A program made the position numbers and the translations under genes. Under the pieces are notes generated by a model that had not been told where the DNA came from, ran no database searches, and saw nothing but the letters and a program-made list of their open reading frames with translations. This document shows, piece after piece, positions 28,671 to 38,489 of a DNA stretch of 64,000 nt (its first letter is position 1; each line of letters begins with the position of its first letter). Source of the stretch: Candidatus Limnocylindrales bacterium. GTDB lineage: Bacteria > Chloroflexota > Limnocylindria > Limnocylindrales > CSP1-4. Location: assembly GCA_050008515.1 (NCBI GenBank), contig JBEKMM010000009.1, positions 17,912 through 81,911 on the forward strand. The letters are read 5' to 3'.

Positions 28671-29162
28671 CTAGTCGTCGGCCCGCTGAGGCGCGACTTG
28701 ACCGAGGCGCGAGAGATGGGCACCATCCTGGGACAGGAGCTCGCGCAGGTCACCAAGCGCGCCGGCCAGTCGTACCAGCTCGGCGTCGGTCAGTCCGGAA
28801 AGGCGACCGCAAAGCCACGCCCGCGTTCGGGCGTCGCATTCCGCGAGAGTCGCGCCGCCCGCTTCGGTCAGACGGAGCTCGACACGGCGCCGCTCTTCCG
28901 GGGCCTGCACCCGGGTCACGAGGCCGGCCCGCACGAGTCGCTCGACGAGTTGCGAGGCCGCCGGGAGCGTCGTCCCGAGATGCTCCGCCAGCGGCGAGAG
29001 GCTCGTGCCGGGATTGCGCCGGACGAAGAGCAGGAGCCGGAACTGCGCCACGGACAGGCTCGCCGCCCGACCGGACCGCATCTGCTCGCGAATGGCGCGC
29101 ATAGAGGGCGGGATCGTCTCGAGGATCGCGATGGCAACCTGATCGGGCGTCGTCTGGCTCAC
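28671..29162 (-). CDS. MarR-family regulator
   Basis: LSVAQFRLL, SQLVERLVRAGLV and ERRRVELRLTEAG; divergent from the ABC-2 exporter. Confidence 0.9.
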   Translation of the reverse strand: MSQTTPDQVAIAILETIPPSMRAIREQMRSGRAASLSVAQFRLLLFVRRNPGTSLSPLAEHLGTTLPAASQLVERLVRAGLVTRVQAPEERRRVELRLTEAGGATLAECDARTRAWLCGRLSGLTDAELVRLAGALGDLRELLSQDGAHLSRLGQVAPQRADD

Positions 29163-29176
29163 GGAGGTATGGTACA

Positions 29177-29193
29177 TTAGTTAATAGACCTAA
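29177..29193. promoter_or_regulatory. AT-rich palindrome, candidate MarR operator
   Basis: TTAG-TTAATAGAC-CTAA in the short marR/drrA divergent spacer. Confidence 0.5.
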
Positions 29194-29257
29194 CTGTTAT
29201 TCAGGGCAGGGCTGGCCCACGCCACCTCCCACCGCGTGCCCATTCCTCAGGAGATCG

Positions 29258-30067
29258 ATGCCTCCAGCGATTTCGACCCGCGAGCTGACCCGGCGTTTCG
29301 ACGTCCTCACGGCGGTGGACGCCCTGACCCTCGATGTCCTGGCGGGCGAGGTGTTCGGCCTGCTCGGCCCCAACGGCGCGGGCAAGACCACGACGATCAA
29401 GATGCTGATCACGCTGCTCCCCCCGACCTCGGGCGACGCAACCGTCGCCGGCCACGACATTCGGCGAGACCCGCGTCTGGTGCGGCGCTCTATCGGGTAT
29501 GTGCCTCAACTGCTCTCATCGGATGGGGCGCTTTCGGCACGTGAGAACCTGATGACGAGCGCTCGTCTCTACCACCTGCCCGCCACCGAGCGACGCGTCC
29601 GAATCGACGAAGCGCTGGAGTTCATGGGCCTCGAGTCATCGGCCGACCGGCTCGTTCGAACCTTCTCCGGCGGAATGGTCCGCCGCCTGGAGATCGCCCA
29701 GGCGATGCTCCATCGGCCCGAGGTCCTCTTTCTCGACGAGCCTACGGTCGGGCTGGATCCAACCGCCAGGAAAGCCGTGTGGGACCACATTCGCGGACTG
29801 CGCCAGTCCGAGGGGACGACCATCCTGCTGACCACGCACTACATGGATGAGGCCGCCGAATTGTGCGGGCGGGTCGGGTTCATGCACCTGGGCAAGCTCG
29901 TGGCGCTCGGGACTCCGGCGGAGCTGTCCGCGCAGGCGGGTCGGGGCAAGGACCTGGACGACGCATTCACATTCTTCACCGGCTCGGGGCTGAGCGAGAC
30001 CGGCGAGCAAGGAGGTCAATTCCGTGACGTCGCTCGAACGCGTCGGACGGCCCGCCGTCTGGGCTGA
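29258..30067 (+). CDS. ABC-2 exporter ATP-binding protein (DrrA-like)
   Basis: GPNGAGKT, FSGGMVRRLEIA, LDEPTVGLD and TTHYMDEA. Confidence 0.93.
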   Translation: MPPAISTRELTRRFDVLTAVDALTLDVLAGEVFGLLGPNGAGKTTTIKMLITLLPPTSGDATVAGHDIRRDPRLVRRSIGYVPQLLSSDGALSARENLMTSARLYHLPATERRVRIDEALEFMGLESSADRLVRTFSGGMVRRLEIAQAMLHRPEVLFLDEPTVGLDPTARKAVWDHIRGLRQSEGTTILLTTHYMDEAAELCGRVGFMHLGKLVALGTPAELSAQAGRGKDLDDAFTFFTGSGLSETGEQGGQFRDVARTRRTARRLG

Positions 30068-30848
30068 GCCACCCGCCGCCATCCGGTTCTTCCGGGACGC
30101 GTGGACGATCGCCGAGGGAGAGCTCCGCAAGCTTCGCCACGATCCCACGGAGCTGCTGACCCGGGCCGTGCAACCGCTGCTGTGGCTGCTCGTCTTCGGA
30201 CAGGTGATGGCGCAGACCCGCGCTATCTCGACCGGGAACCTCGGCTATGAGGACTTCCTGGCGCCGGGCATCCTGGCCCAGAGCGCTCTCTTCTCGGCCA
30301 TCTTCTTCGGTATCGCGGTCATCTGGGAGCGCGACCTCGGCGTCTTGCACAAGTACCTGGTGAGCCCGGCTGCTCGAAGCGCGCTGGTGACCGGGAAGGC
30401 TCTGGCCGGCGGTCTTCGCGCTCTCGTTCAGGCGGCCATGGTCTACGCCGTCGCGCTGGTCATCGGCGTGCACCTCAGGCTGGATCCGCTGTCGCTGATC
30501 GGAGTCGCCCTCGTCGTGGTCACCGGCTCGGCGGCATTTGCGACCTTCTCGCTCGTGATCGCGTGCCTGGTCCGGACTCGGGAACGCTTCATGGGAATCG
30601 GCCAGGTTCTGACGATGCCCCTCTTCTTCGCCAGCAGCGCGATCTACCCGATCTCCCTGATGCCCGACTGGCTCAAGGTGGTCGCTCAGGTGAACCCGCT
30701 CACGTATCAGGTCGACGCTCTCCGCGGGTTGATGATCCAGGGCGCGACCGAGAGCTTCCCGCTCGCTCTGGATTTCGCCGTGCTGATCGGTTCGACCGTG
30801 ATCCTCATCGCGATCGCGGCTCGCCTGTACCCGCGCCTGGCGCAGTAG
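30024..30848 (+). CDS. ABC-2 exporter permease (DrrB-like)
   Basis: QPLLWLLVFG, FLAPGI and NPLTYQVDALR. Confidence 0.92.
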   Translation: MTSLERVGRPAVWAEPPAAIRFFRDAWTIAEGELRKLRHDPTELLTRAVQPLLWLLVFGQVMAQTRAISTGNLGYEDFLAPGILAQSALFSAIFFGIAVIWERDLGVLHKYLVSPAARSALVTGKALAGGLRALVQAAMVYAVALVIGVHLRLDPLSLIGVALVVVTGSAAFATFSLVIACLVRTRERFMGIGQVLTMPLFFASSAIYPISLMPDWLKVVAQVNPLTYQVDALRGLMIQGATESFPLALDFAVLIGSTVILIAIAARLYPRLAQ

Positions 30849-31950
30849 CGGGGTCTGCCGCGCGATCGGGCCCGCCGGCCGAGGAGATCGTACGGAGCGC
30901 CTCCTCTTTCTGCGCCTCGACGTGATCCAGCGCCGCGAAGACGTCGTCCCAGGCCCGCCGGAGCATCGCCACGCGCGCGCCCGCGCGGGCCGCACCGCTC
31001 CGGAGGGCAGCCGATTGCCGCTCCAGCAGGGCGTTGGCATCGTCCGCCATCTGCCCGGCGGCCCTGTCGGCGAGCTCCATCTGCTCCAGGGCCATGCGCT
31101 GGCCGGCGACGGCCTGGGCCACCATCACCGCCGTGCGCAGCGCCGCCGCCGTGGTCGTCGTCGCGGTCGCGAGGGCCCGGACCATCCCGTGGTTGCTCTC
31201 CTCGACGATCTGGAGCGAGGCGTATCCCTGCGTCATGACCGCGAGCTGGGTCAGGATCTCCTGGCGGCGGCGCCGGATGGCGTACAGCAGATCCGCGCGC
31301 AGGCGGTCGGCCCGCTCCGGGTCCGTGCCGGCGACGACGTCGATACGCGCCGTCAACGCCTCGTCCAGCCGGGCGGTCAGGTAGGCATGCTCACGGAGCG
31401 TCTCCATGACCGTGGCCAGCGAGACCCGCTCCTGGCCGAGCAGCGCGTTGTCGCGCTCGAGCGCGAGACGGCCATCGGCCAGCGTCTGGAGGATTGCCTC
31501 GACATGGCCCTGAGCATTGGCGAAGCGCTCGAAGTAGCGGGCCAGCTCGTCCAGCTCGTCGCGATGGGGTCCAAACCCGAGCGCCCCGCGCGACCCCTCG
31601 CGCCCGACCTCCAGCCGGGCGGGGCTCAACTCGTCGACGACCTTGCGCAACTCGGCCAGCTGGCGCGCGAGCGGGGCCTTCGCCGCGAGCCGGCCGCGTT
31701 CCACGTCGAGTCGCCGCTCCAGCGTTCGGCCGCTCATGGCTGCCGTGGCGGTGAACTCGCGCTGGCCCAGCCGGTCGATCGCGGCGATCGTTCGCAGGTA
31801 CTTCTGGCCGAGAGGATCGAGCGAGACGGCCGTTTCGACGTATTCTGCGACCGTCCGCTCGATCCTCTCGGCCGCGGCCGGATCCACGGCCGAAAAGGCA
31901 TCGGACCCGGCGAGAAGCGCCGGGTCCGACTGGTTTCTGGTATCGCTCAT
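30805..31950 (-). CDS. Toxic anion resistance protein (TelA/KlaA family)
   Basis: Coiled coil with LAELRKVVDELSP, LERDNALL, LTQLAVMTQGY and ALRTAVMVAQA. Confidence 0.8.
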   Translation of the reverse strand: MSDTRNQSDPALLAGSDAFSAVDPAAAERIERTVAEYVETAVSLDPLGQKYLRTIAAIDRLGQREFTATAAMSGRTLERRLDVERGRLAAKAPLARQLAELRKVVDELSPARLEVGREGSRGALGFGPHRDELDELARYFERFANAQGHVEAILQTLADGRLALERDNALLGQERVSLATVMETLREHAYLTARLDEALTARIDVVAGTDPERADRLRADLLYAIRRRRQEILTQLAVMTQGYASLQIVEESNHGMVRALATATTTTAAALRTAVMVAQAVAGQRMALEQMELADRAAGQMADDANALLERQSAALRSGAARAGARVAMLRRAWDDVFAALDHVEAQKEEALRTISSAGGPDRAADPATAPGAGTGEPRSR

Positions 31951-31978
31951 TGGCGGCGCCGGTGGCGCCTCCCCGTTC

Positions 31979-33541
31979 CTACTTCGCCTGATCGGCAGTG
32001 GAGCCACGAGCGGGGGCCGCGTCCCGCTTCGGGGCCGGAGCCGAGGCAGGCTTCGTGGCGGCTGGCGCCGGCGCTCTTCCGGCTGCCGGAGCGGCCTTCG
32101 GGCCGGCGGCCGCCCTGGAGCCGTTCCCGGCGGGGTTGTTCTGGTCGCCGGCTGCGATCAGGCTGGTGGTGAGCGTATTGCGAGCCACGGACGCGAGCGC
32201 CCCGGCCTGCTGGATGACCTCCGCCAGGGCGCTCGTCACGCCCTGGGCGCCGTTGAGGACCGTGAACTGCCCGACGTGCTCGAACGGCGACGCCGCCGCT
32301 CGAACTATCTCCGGCAGGTTCTCGGCGACCTGCTGGGCGATGACCGCTTCCTGGTTCTTGCTGAGGGCCTCGGCGCGCTTGGAGATGCCGATCGCCTCCG
32401 CCTCGGCGCGGGCCTGGATCGCATTCGCCTCGGCGAGACCGCGGGCGCGAATCGCGTCGCCGTCGGCCATGCCGTTGAGGCGCGTGGCGTTGGCCTGGGC
32501 TTCGGCCTGGATCTTCACCGCCGCGGCCTGGGCCTCGGCCGCCAGGCGGACTTCCTGTGCGGCGGCTTCGGCCTGGCGGATGCGGACGTCGCGTCCCGCC
32601 GCGGCCAGAGTCGTCTGGCGGTAGGCCTCGGCATCGGCCGGCTTGCGGACGTCTACCTGGAGCTGCTGCTCCGTCTGCTGCGCCTGCAGCTCGGCGACGC
32701 GGGTTTGCTGCTCGACGACGGCCTGGCGGGACTGCGCCTCGGCGAGCGGGCCCTGCTGGCCGGCCTGCTTCTGGGCGCGGTCGATCTCGGCCTGGAAGCC
32801 GGCCTTCTTGATCTCGGTGCCGCGAATCGACTCCGCGATCTGGGCCTGGGCGGCCTGCTCCTGGGCGACGGCGGTCTGGTCGGCCTGGGCGCGGGCGATG
32901 CGGGCGTTCTGCTCGACCTCGGCCTGGTGCGGCACGGCCAGGTTCTCGATGTAGTTGCTGGGGCTCGTGATCGCCTGGATCTGGAAGCTGTCGATGACCA
33001 GTCCGAACGACTCCATCTCGCTGGTGCAGCGATCGCGAACCTGCTGGGCGAACTTGTCCTGGTCGCTGATCATCTCCTCGACCGTCATCGAGCCGGCGAT
33101 GGCGCGCAGGTGGCCGACGAAGACGTTCTGGACCTTGGACTCGAGCTCGACAGCCGGGCGATCGAGGAAGCGGCGTGCGGCGTTGGCGATCGAGCGGTAG
33201 TCGTCGCCGACCTTGTAGACGATGACGCCTCGCAGGTCCAATCGGATCTTCTGCTGGCTGACGCACGGGACGGTGATCTCGCTCTCGTGGGCCATCAGCG
33301 ACAGCGCCCGAACCTTCGACAGACCGGGCACGACTATCGTGCCGCCGCCCGTGACGATCTTGAAATGCATGCTCTCGCCGGCCACGCCGGCCGGCGACTT
33401 GCCGTGAGCGATGCCCGAGATGATCAGGGCCTCGTCCGGCTCCGCGATCCGCCACGAGGACTTGAGCAGAATGACGAGCAGGACCAGGACTACAAGGATT
33501 GCGACTCCGACAACGACCAGAGTCGTCTCAAAGTCCGTCAT
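31979..33541 (-). CDS. Flotillin (SPFH domain) protein
   Basis: N-terminal TM segment, PDEALIISG, GHLRAIAGSMTVEE, VRKPADAEAY and AEA repeats. Confidence 0.92.
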   Translation of the reverse strand: MTDFETTLVVVGVAILVVLVLLVILLKSSWRIAEPDEALIISGIAHGKSPAGVAGESMHFKIVTGGGTIVVPGLSKVRALSLMAHESEITVPCVSQQKIRLDLRGVIVYKVGDDYRSIANAARRFLDRPAVELESKVQNVFVGHLRAIAGSMTVEEMISDQDKFAQQVRDRCTSEMESFGLVIDSFQIQAITSPSNYIENLAVPHQAEVEQNARIARAQADQTAVAQEQAAQAQIAESIRGTEIKKAGFQAEIDRAQKQAGQQGPLAEAQSRQAVVEQQTRVAELQAQQTEQQLQVDVRKPADAEAYRQTTLAAAGRDVRIRQAEAAAQEVRLAAEAQAAAVKIQAEAQANATRLNGMADGDAIRARGLAEANAIQARAEAEAIGISKRAEALSKNQEAVIAQQVAENLPEIVRAAASPFEHVGQFTVLNGAQGVTSALAEVIQQAGALASVARNTLTTSLIAAGDQNNPAGNGSRAAAGPKAAPAAGRAPAPAATKPASAPAPKRDAAPARGSTADQAK

Positions 33542-33765
33542 CGTGGAAGCCTCACGCTATCGGTCGGTTCCACCTCGACTGTCCGGCCGCTCAGGCTGCC
33601 GACCACAAGAACCTGAGCGTGTTTCTTGATCGTCGCCTCGGGATCGGATGCTCGCGCCAGAAACCTCTCTGTGCCCGCGCGCACCTCGATCATGACCTCT
33701 CCGAGATGGCCCGGAGTGATGTCAGCAGTCACTCTCCCCATCTTGCCGATGACGTCGTACGACAC
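33538..33765 (-). CDS. NfeD-like C-terminal OB-fold protein
   Basis: IGKMGRV...GEVMIEVRAG...VLVV...VEVEP; ATGA overlap with the flotillin gene. Confidence 0.75.
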   Translation of the reverse strand: MSYDVIGKMGRVTADITPGHLGEVMIEVRAGTERFLARASDPEATIKKHAQVLVVGSLSGRTVEVEPTDSVRLPR

Positions 33766-33943
33766 GCAGTTGATCTCCGAAAGCCTGCCTGGAATAGCCC
33801 GTTCATGTTAGTGCTTCGGCTGTTCGAGGACGGACGGTTTCGGAAGCGCAAGGCGCGCTCCCATCGGGCGTGCCGGATCGTGGACATCACCAGTTAGACC
33901 GCGCCGGCCGGCCCGGGGTTCGGTCGGGAGCCGGGAATGGAAA

Positions 33944-33973
33944 GCGGCCCGTCCGGGGAACCGGACGGGCCGC
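33944..33973 (-). terminator. Intrinsic terminator of the S8 protease gene
   Basis: 13-bp perfect stem GCGGCCCGTCCGG-GGAA-CCGGACGGGCCGC followed by UUU on the minus strand. Confidence 0.7.
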
Positions 33974-33996
33974 CACTCATTGGAGCGCAGCTGGCG

Positions 33997-36900
33997 CTAG
34001 TGCTTGGGCAGCTTGCCGACCGGGATCAGCGCCGCCTGCGCGGCCCCGTTCCGGTTGTCCAGGCTGACGACCATCCAGCCGAGCGACGGGGTGGTCGCCT
34101 GCACGGCGGTATCGACGCTGAGCGGCAGCGTCGCGGACTTGCCCGATGCGAGCACGACGAACTGGCCGTTCGAGACGCTCGGGGTGAAGGCGTTGAACGC
34201 GGCCTTGCCGGGCACCGCGTCGATCGCGCCGGTGGTCAGATCGAAGCCGGTGATCGAGTAACTGAAGCTCGGGGCGGCGGCGGTGATGCCCATGTCGCTG
34301 GCGAGCGCCGGCAGCTCGATGACCGAGCCATTCATCGGCGCATCCGCGTAGAACGCGTCGATGAAGTTGCCATGGACGTCGAACGTGAACGAATCGAGGA
34401 TGCCGTCGTACGAGCCGGTGAAGACGTAGCCGTCATCGTACGAGAAGACCACGAAGTCCATGGCGCCGTCGCCGTTGGTGTCGATGGCGATGTCGAACTC
34501 GGCCGCGGCGGCGTTGGACCACTGGTGCCAGCTGTTGACGGCGAAGATCAAGCATTGGGTCGTGTCATCGGCGCCGCAGAACGAGCCGGGCTGCGACTGG
34601 ACGCCGACCGCCCTAACGCTCGCGATGCCCGCGGTGTGGTCCTTGTCGACGATGCCCCAGGCGTACACGTCGGCGGTGCCGACGTGAATGCCGGAGTTGT
34701 GCAGCTTGACGCTCGTGCTGGCCACGCCGGCGTTCAGCTTGTACGGCGCCGGCGGACCCGCCTTCATGTCGGAGAGGCCGCGCGGGACCACCAGGAACGG
34801 AACGTGGAGCGGGTAGACGCCCGTGCCGGAAGCGGTCGGTGTCGCGGTCACGACACCGGTGGCCGTGAGAACGGCGCCGGGGCCCATGCCCGCAAAGGTG
34901 TCCGCGAACGGCAGCGCCTTCACCGCGGCCGCGGAGATAGTCAGCTTGGCGATGATCTCGCGCGACTGGTGCGCGGGGACGATCACCTTGGACGGGGAGA
35001 CCGAGATCTTGACCCCGGCCGAGCTGCCGACGAAGGCGGCCGACAGCTTGTAGGTGATCGGACTTGCGCCCTTGTTCTCGATCGTGAAGCTCCGCACGGC
35101 CCAGTACGAGCCGCCGAGAGCGACGTTGTCGAACGAGAGCGAGTCCAGCTTGTCGCGGGTCAGCGCGATCGCTGCGGTGGTCGTGGCGAGCTGCGCCTGC
35201 GCGACGCCGGAGCCGGCGCCGACCGGGTTGTAGCCCAGGATCTTGGCCGACGAGTCGTCCGCCGTGCTCATGATCGCGGCTTTGACCTCGTTCACCGACC
35301 AGTCGGGGTGGGCGGCGATGACGAGGGCGGCGATGCCCGCGACATGCGGGGCGGCCATCGACGTACCCGAGTCGACGAGGACATCGTTGCCGGTGCCCAT
35401 GCCTGCGCCGACGATGCTGACGCCGGGGGCGGCCACTTCAGGCTTGAGGGCGCTGTCGCCGGCGCGCGGGCCCCAGGAGCTGAAGTCGACCAGGTTCTTG
35501 TAGGTGGGATTGGCCATCATGCCGGCCGAGGAGATGGTGACCGGGTCTCCGTTGGCCGCCAGGAGGGCGGCCCCGTCGGCGGCTTCGACCCCGATGAACG
35601 GGATCGTCACGCCGGCGATCGGGCCTTCGAAGGGAGGCAGGCCAGCGCTGGTGTTGACCATGATGACTGCGGCCGCGCCCTTCGATTGGCCGAGCTTGAC
35701 GCGATCGACGCGCGGGCAGACGCCGCGTTGAGTCACGACGATGTCCCCCGCTGAGACGCCCGCGTACTCGGAGATGTCGCAGCCGAGGGCTATGCCGCTG
35801 CCGGAGGTGAGAACGTTGAGATTGCCCGAGACCGGGAGCGGCCGGCCGTTCGCGTTGAGGGCGGCGATATCGCCCGACGCGAGGTGGATCGTGGCTCCGG
35901 GGAAGGTGGCGTTGGTATCGACGGCGGCCACCGACAGGGTCCGCGAGCTGGTCCCAGGCGTGCCCGTCATGTAGGCGTTGGGGCCCTCGTTGCCTGAGGA
36001 GGCGACGACCACGACGCCGGCGCGAGCGGCGTTGTCCGCGGCGATGGCGTCCGGGGTGTCCGACGTTCCGAAGTCGGAGCCGAGAGACATGCTGATCACG
36101 TCGGCGCCGTCGATGACGGCCCGGTTGATCGCCTCGGTAACGACGTCGGTCGAGCCTTCGCAGCCGAAGACGCGATAGATGTAGAGGGTCGCCTGGGGGG
36201 CCACTCCGGGGCCGATCCTGAAGTCCGTGGATCCATAGATCGAGGCGTTGTACGGCCCGGTGTAGGTGGAGCCGCTCGCCAGGACACCCTGGCCGGCAGC
36301 GGTGCTGGCGGTGTGGGTGCCGTGGCTGTTGCAGTCGAGCGGGTTGGCGTCCGGCTGCGGCACGGTGGCCGGAGACCCGGTTGGGGCGCTGGCGTCGTAG
36401 GCGTCGCCCACGAAGTCGTAGCCCACCGGAACCTTGGCGCTGGGGAAAGCCACGGTCGTGCCGTCGGCGTCGTAGCCCGGAGCGGTCGTGTCGTGGGCCA
36501 GACCGTACCCGTAGTCGGCCACGCTTCCCGAACCGCCGAAGTCTGCGTGGTAGTAGTCGATGCCGGTGTCGATGATGGCGATCTTGATGCCCGCGCCGGT
36601 GTAGCCGGTCGTGGTCCAGGCCTGCGGCGCGCCGACGTACGGCACGCTTTCGGTCAGCGCCGGCTTGTAAACCGGGATCAGGTGGATGCCGGAAACGCCC
36701 GACATCGAGGCCAGCGAGGTCACCTCGGCGGCCTTCACGTGGACGTGGATGCCGTTGTAGGCGTCCTGCATCTGGCTGACGACCACGCCGCCGGACTTGC
36801 GGACGGCGTCGGCGACCGGCTTCTGCTTGGCCTGGATCTGCGTTCGCCAGGTGTCCCGCTGGGACTTCGTCACGGTCGTGCCGTTGTCTCTGGCGTCACC

Positions 36901-37116
36901 GACCTGGCTGGCGACCGGCTGATCGGCCAGCTGGACCATGACGTCCATGACGCGGCTGGGATCGATCAGGGCCGGCAGCAGCTTCGGATCGATCTTGTCG
37001 ACGTTGATCCGCTGGAACCGCGCAACCGTCGGGCTCTTGGCGACAACTGCAGTTGGGGCTAGCGCCCCGCACACGAGGGCCGCGATGGCCAGGGCGGCGA
37101 ATGCACGACGTCTCAT
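33997..37116 (-). CDS. Secreted S8 subtilisin-like protease (Vpr type, with PA domain)
   Basis: Signal peptide, catalytic IIDTGID, HGTHTAS and SGTSMAAPHVAG, and a PA domain (RGVC); GGGAG RBS. Confidence 0.93.
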   Translation of the reverse strand: MRRRAFAALAIAALVCGALAPTAVVAKSPTVARFQRINVDKIDPKLLPALIDPSRVMDVMVQLADQPVASQVGDARDNGTTVTKSQRDTWRTQIQAKQKPVADAVRKSGGVVVSQMQDAYNGIHVHVKAAEVTSLASMSGVSGIHLIPVYKPALTESVPYVGAPQAWTTTGYTGAGIKIAIIDTGIDYYHADFGGSGSVADYGYGLAHDTTAPGYDADGTTVAFPSAKVPVGYDFVGDAYDASAPTGSPATVPQPDANPLDCNSHGTHTASTAAGQGVLASGSTYTGPYNASIYGSTDFRIGPGVAPQATLYIYRVFGCEGSTDVVTEAINRAVIDGADVISMSLGSDFGTSDTPDAIAADNAARAGVVVVASSGNEGPNAYMTGTPGTSSRTLSVAAVDTNATFPGATIHLASGDIAALNANGRPLPVSGNLNVLTSGSGIALGCDISEYAGVSAGDIVVTQRGVCPRVDRVKLGQSKGAAAVIMVNTSAGLPPFEGPIAGVTIPFIGVEAADGAALLAANGDPVTISSAGMMANPTYKNLVDFSSWGPRAGDSALKPEVAAPGVSIVGAGMGTGNDVLVDSGTSMAAPHVAGIAALVIAAHPDWSVNEVKAAIMSTADDSSAKILGYNPVGAGSGVAQAQLATTTAAIALTRDKLDSLSFDNVALGGSYWAVRSFTIENKGASPITYKLSAAFVGSSAGVKISVSPSKVIVPAHQSREIIAKLTISAAAVKALPFADTFAGMGPGAVLTATGVVTATPTASGTGVYPLHVPFLVVPRGLSDMKAGPPAPYKLNAGVASTSVKLHNSGIHVGTADVYAWGIVDKDHTAGIASVRAVGVQSQPGSFCGADDTTQCLIFAVNSWHQWSNAAAAEFDIAIDTNGDGAMDFVVFSYDDGYVFTGSYDGILDSFTFDVHGNFIDAFYADAPMNGSVIELPALASDMGITAAAPSFSYSITGFDLTTGAIDAVPGKAAFNAFTPSVSNGQFVVLASGKSATLPLSVDTAVQATTPSLGWMVVSLDNRNGAAQAALIPVGKLPKH

Positions 37117-37191
37117 TCGACTCCTCCCGTCGAGTTCACGCTGACGTCTCTCGAGCGGGCGTGGACCTGCCCGTCGCGAAGACAGACGCCG

Positions 37192-37220
37192 ACCGTACAT
37201 CGCCCGCCGCGACAGGTCAA
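37192..37220 (-). promoter_or_regulatory. Sigma70-type promoter for the S8 protease
   Basis: TTGACC-17 bp-TACGGT on the minus strand. Confidence 0.55.
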
Positions 37221-37271
37221 CGAGGAACTCGCCATAACCCGAGCGGGAAGCCCCGGTGCCGTCGCCGTGAC

Positions 37272-37346
37272 GACCTTCGCCTCGAGCTCGTGGAAGCGCC
37301 GGGCCATGACGCTGAGAATGGCGCCCGTGGCCAGCGACAGCTGGCC
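37272..37346 (-). pseudogene. Remnant of the 3' end of a paralogous GT2 gene
   Basis: GQLSLATGAILSVMARRFHELEAKV aligns without gaps to GMLSIAVGLVLSAVSRRFQELEAKI of the adjacent GT2 (15/25 identical). Confidence 0.65.
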
Positions 37347-37475
37347 CCATCGGGGCCGTCGGCAGGTGCAACTGAGAGCCCTGCACCGTGATACAGTCCG
37401 ATCGCCCTTTCGGCCACTGCCGCTCAAGGTCCGCCCGGCGGCGCCCAGCGACGAAAGCGGCGCAGGAGGAGCCCG

Positions 37476-38462
37476 ATGTCGAGCGGGGAGCCCAGCGCCG
37501 TCCGGGGCGGCGACATCGTCGCCGCATCCGCCGCGCAGCAGGTCGCCGTCCTCATTCCATGCCTCAACGAGGCGCTCACCGTCGCCAAGGTCATCGAGGA
37601 TTTCCGTCGCGCTCTCCCGGCGGCCACGATCTACGTGATCGACAACGGGTCAACCGACGGGACCGCCGGGATCGCGGTAGCCCACGGGGCGCAGCTCCTC
37701 GTCGAGACGCGCCGCGGCAAGGGCTTCGCCGTCCGGGCCGGCTTCAGGCACATCGACGCAGACATCTACGTCATGGTTGACGGGGACGACACCTATCCGG
37801 CCGAGTCAGTGGGAGCGCTTCTCGAGCCGGTGCTTGCGGGGCGAGCCGACATGGCGGTGGGCTCACGCAGGATGGCCGGCACCTCGAGCCAGTTCCGGCC
37901 CCTCAACCGGCTCGGTAACTGGCTCTTCCCCGCATTCCTGCGGCTGCTGCTGCGGGTCAAGCTCACCGACATCCTTTCCGGCTTCCGCGTCATGACCCGC
38001 GACTTCGTGCAGGGCGTCCCGATCACCGCGCGGGACTTCGAGATCGAGGCGGAACTGACGGTCAAGGCCGTGGAGCGGAGCTACCGGCTCGTCGAGGTGC
38101 CCATCGACCTCCGCTCGCGCCCCGAGAGGAGCTTCAGCAAGCTCCGTCCCCTTCACGACGGCCGCCGGATCCTGTGGACGATCGTGCTGCTGTTCCGCGA
38201 CTACCGCCCGATGGCGTTCTTCGGCGGAGTCGGGCTCGCCCTCATGATCCTCGGCCTCATCCCCGGCGTCGTCGTGATCTCAGAGTTCGTCAAGACGGGG
38301 CTGGTGCCACGCTTCCCGTCGGCGATCCTCGCCGTCGCGCTTGAGCTGGCGGGGATGCTCTCGATCGCCGTGGGGCTCGTCCTGAGCGCGGTCAGCAGGC
38401 GCTTCCAGGAACTCGAGGCGAAAATCGAAATGCTGGTCAGGCCGCCCTCGCGTGGGGCCTGA
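37476..38462 (+). CDS. Glycosyltransferase family 2 (polyprenol-phosphate glycosyltransferase-like) with two C-terminal TMs
   Basis: LIPCLNE, IDNGSTDGT, RGKG, MVDGDDTY, DILSGFR and FEIEAE. Confidence 0.92.
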   Translation: MSSGEPSAVRGGDIVAASAAQQVAVLIPCLNEALTVAKVIEDFRRALPAATIYVIDNGSTDGTAGIAVAHGAQLLVETRRGKGFAVRAGFRHIDADIYVMVDGDDTYPAESVGALLEPVLAGRADMAVGSRRMAGTSSQFRPLNRLGNWLFPAFLRLLLRVKLTDILSGFRVMTRDFVQGVPITARDFEIEAELTVKAVERSYRLVEVPIDLRSRPERSFSKLRPLHDGRRILWTIVLLFRDYRPMAFFGGVGLALMILGLIPGVVVISEFVKTGLVPRFPSAILAVALELAGMLSIAVGLVLSAVSRRFQELEAKIEMLVRPPSRGA

Positions 38463-38489
38463 GGCGACACCCGACCGGACCGCCGACCG

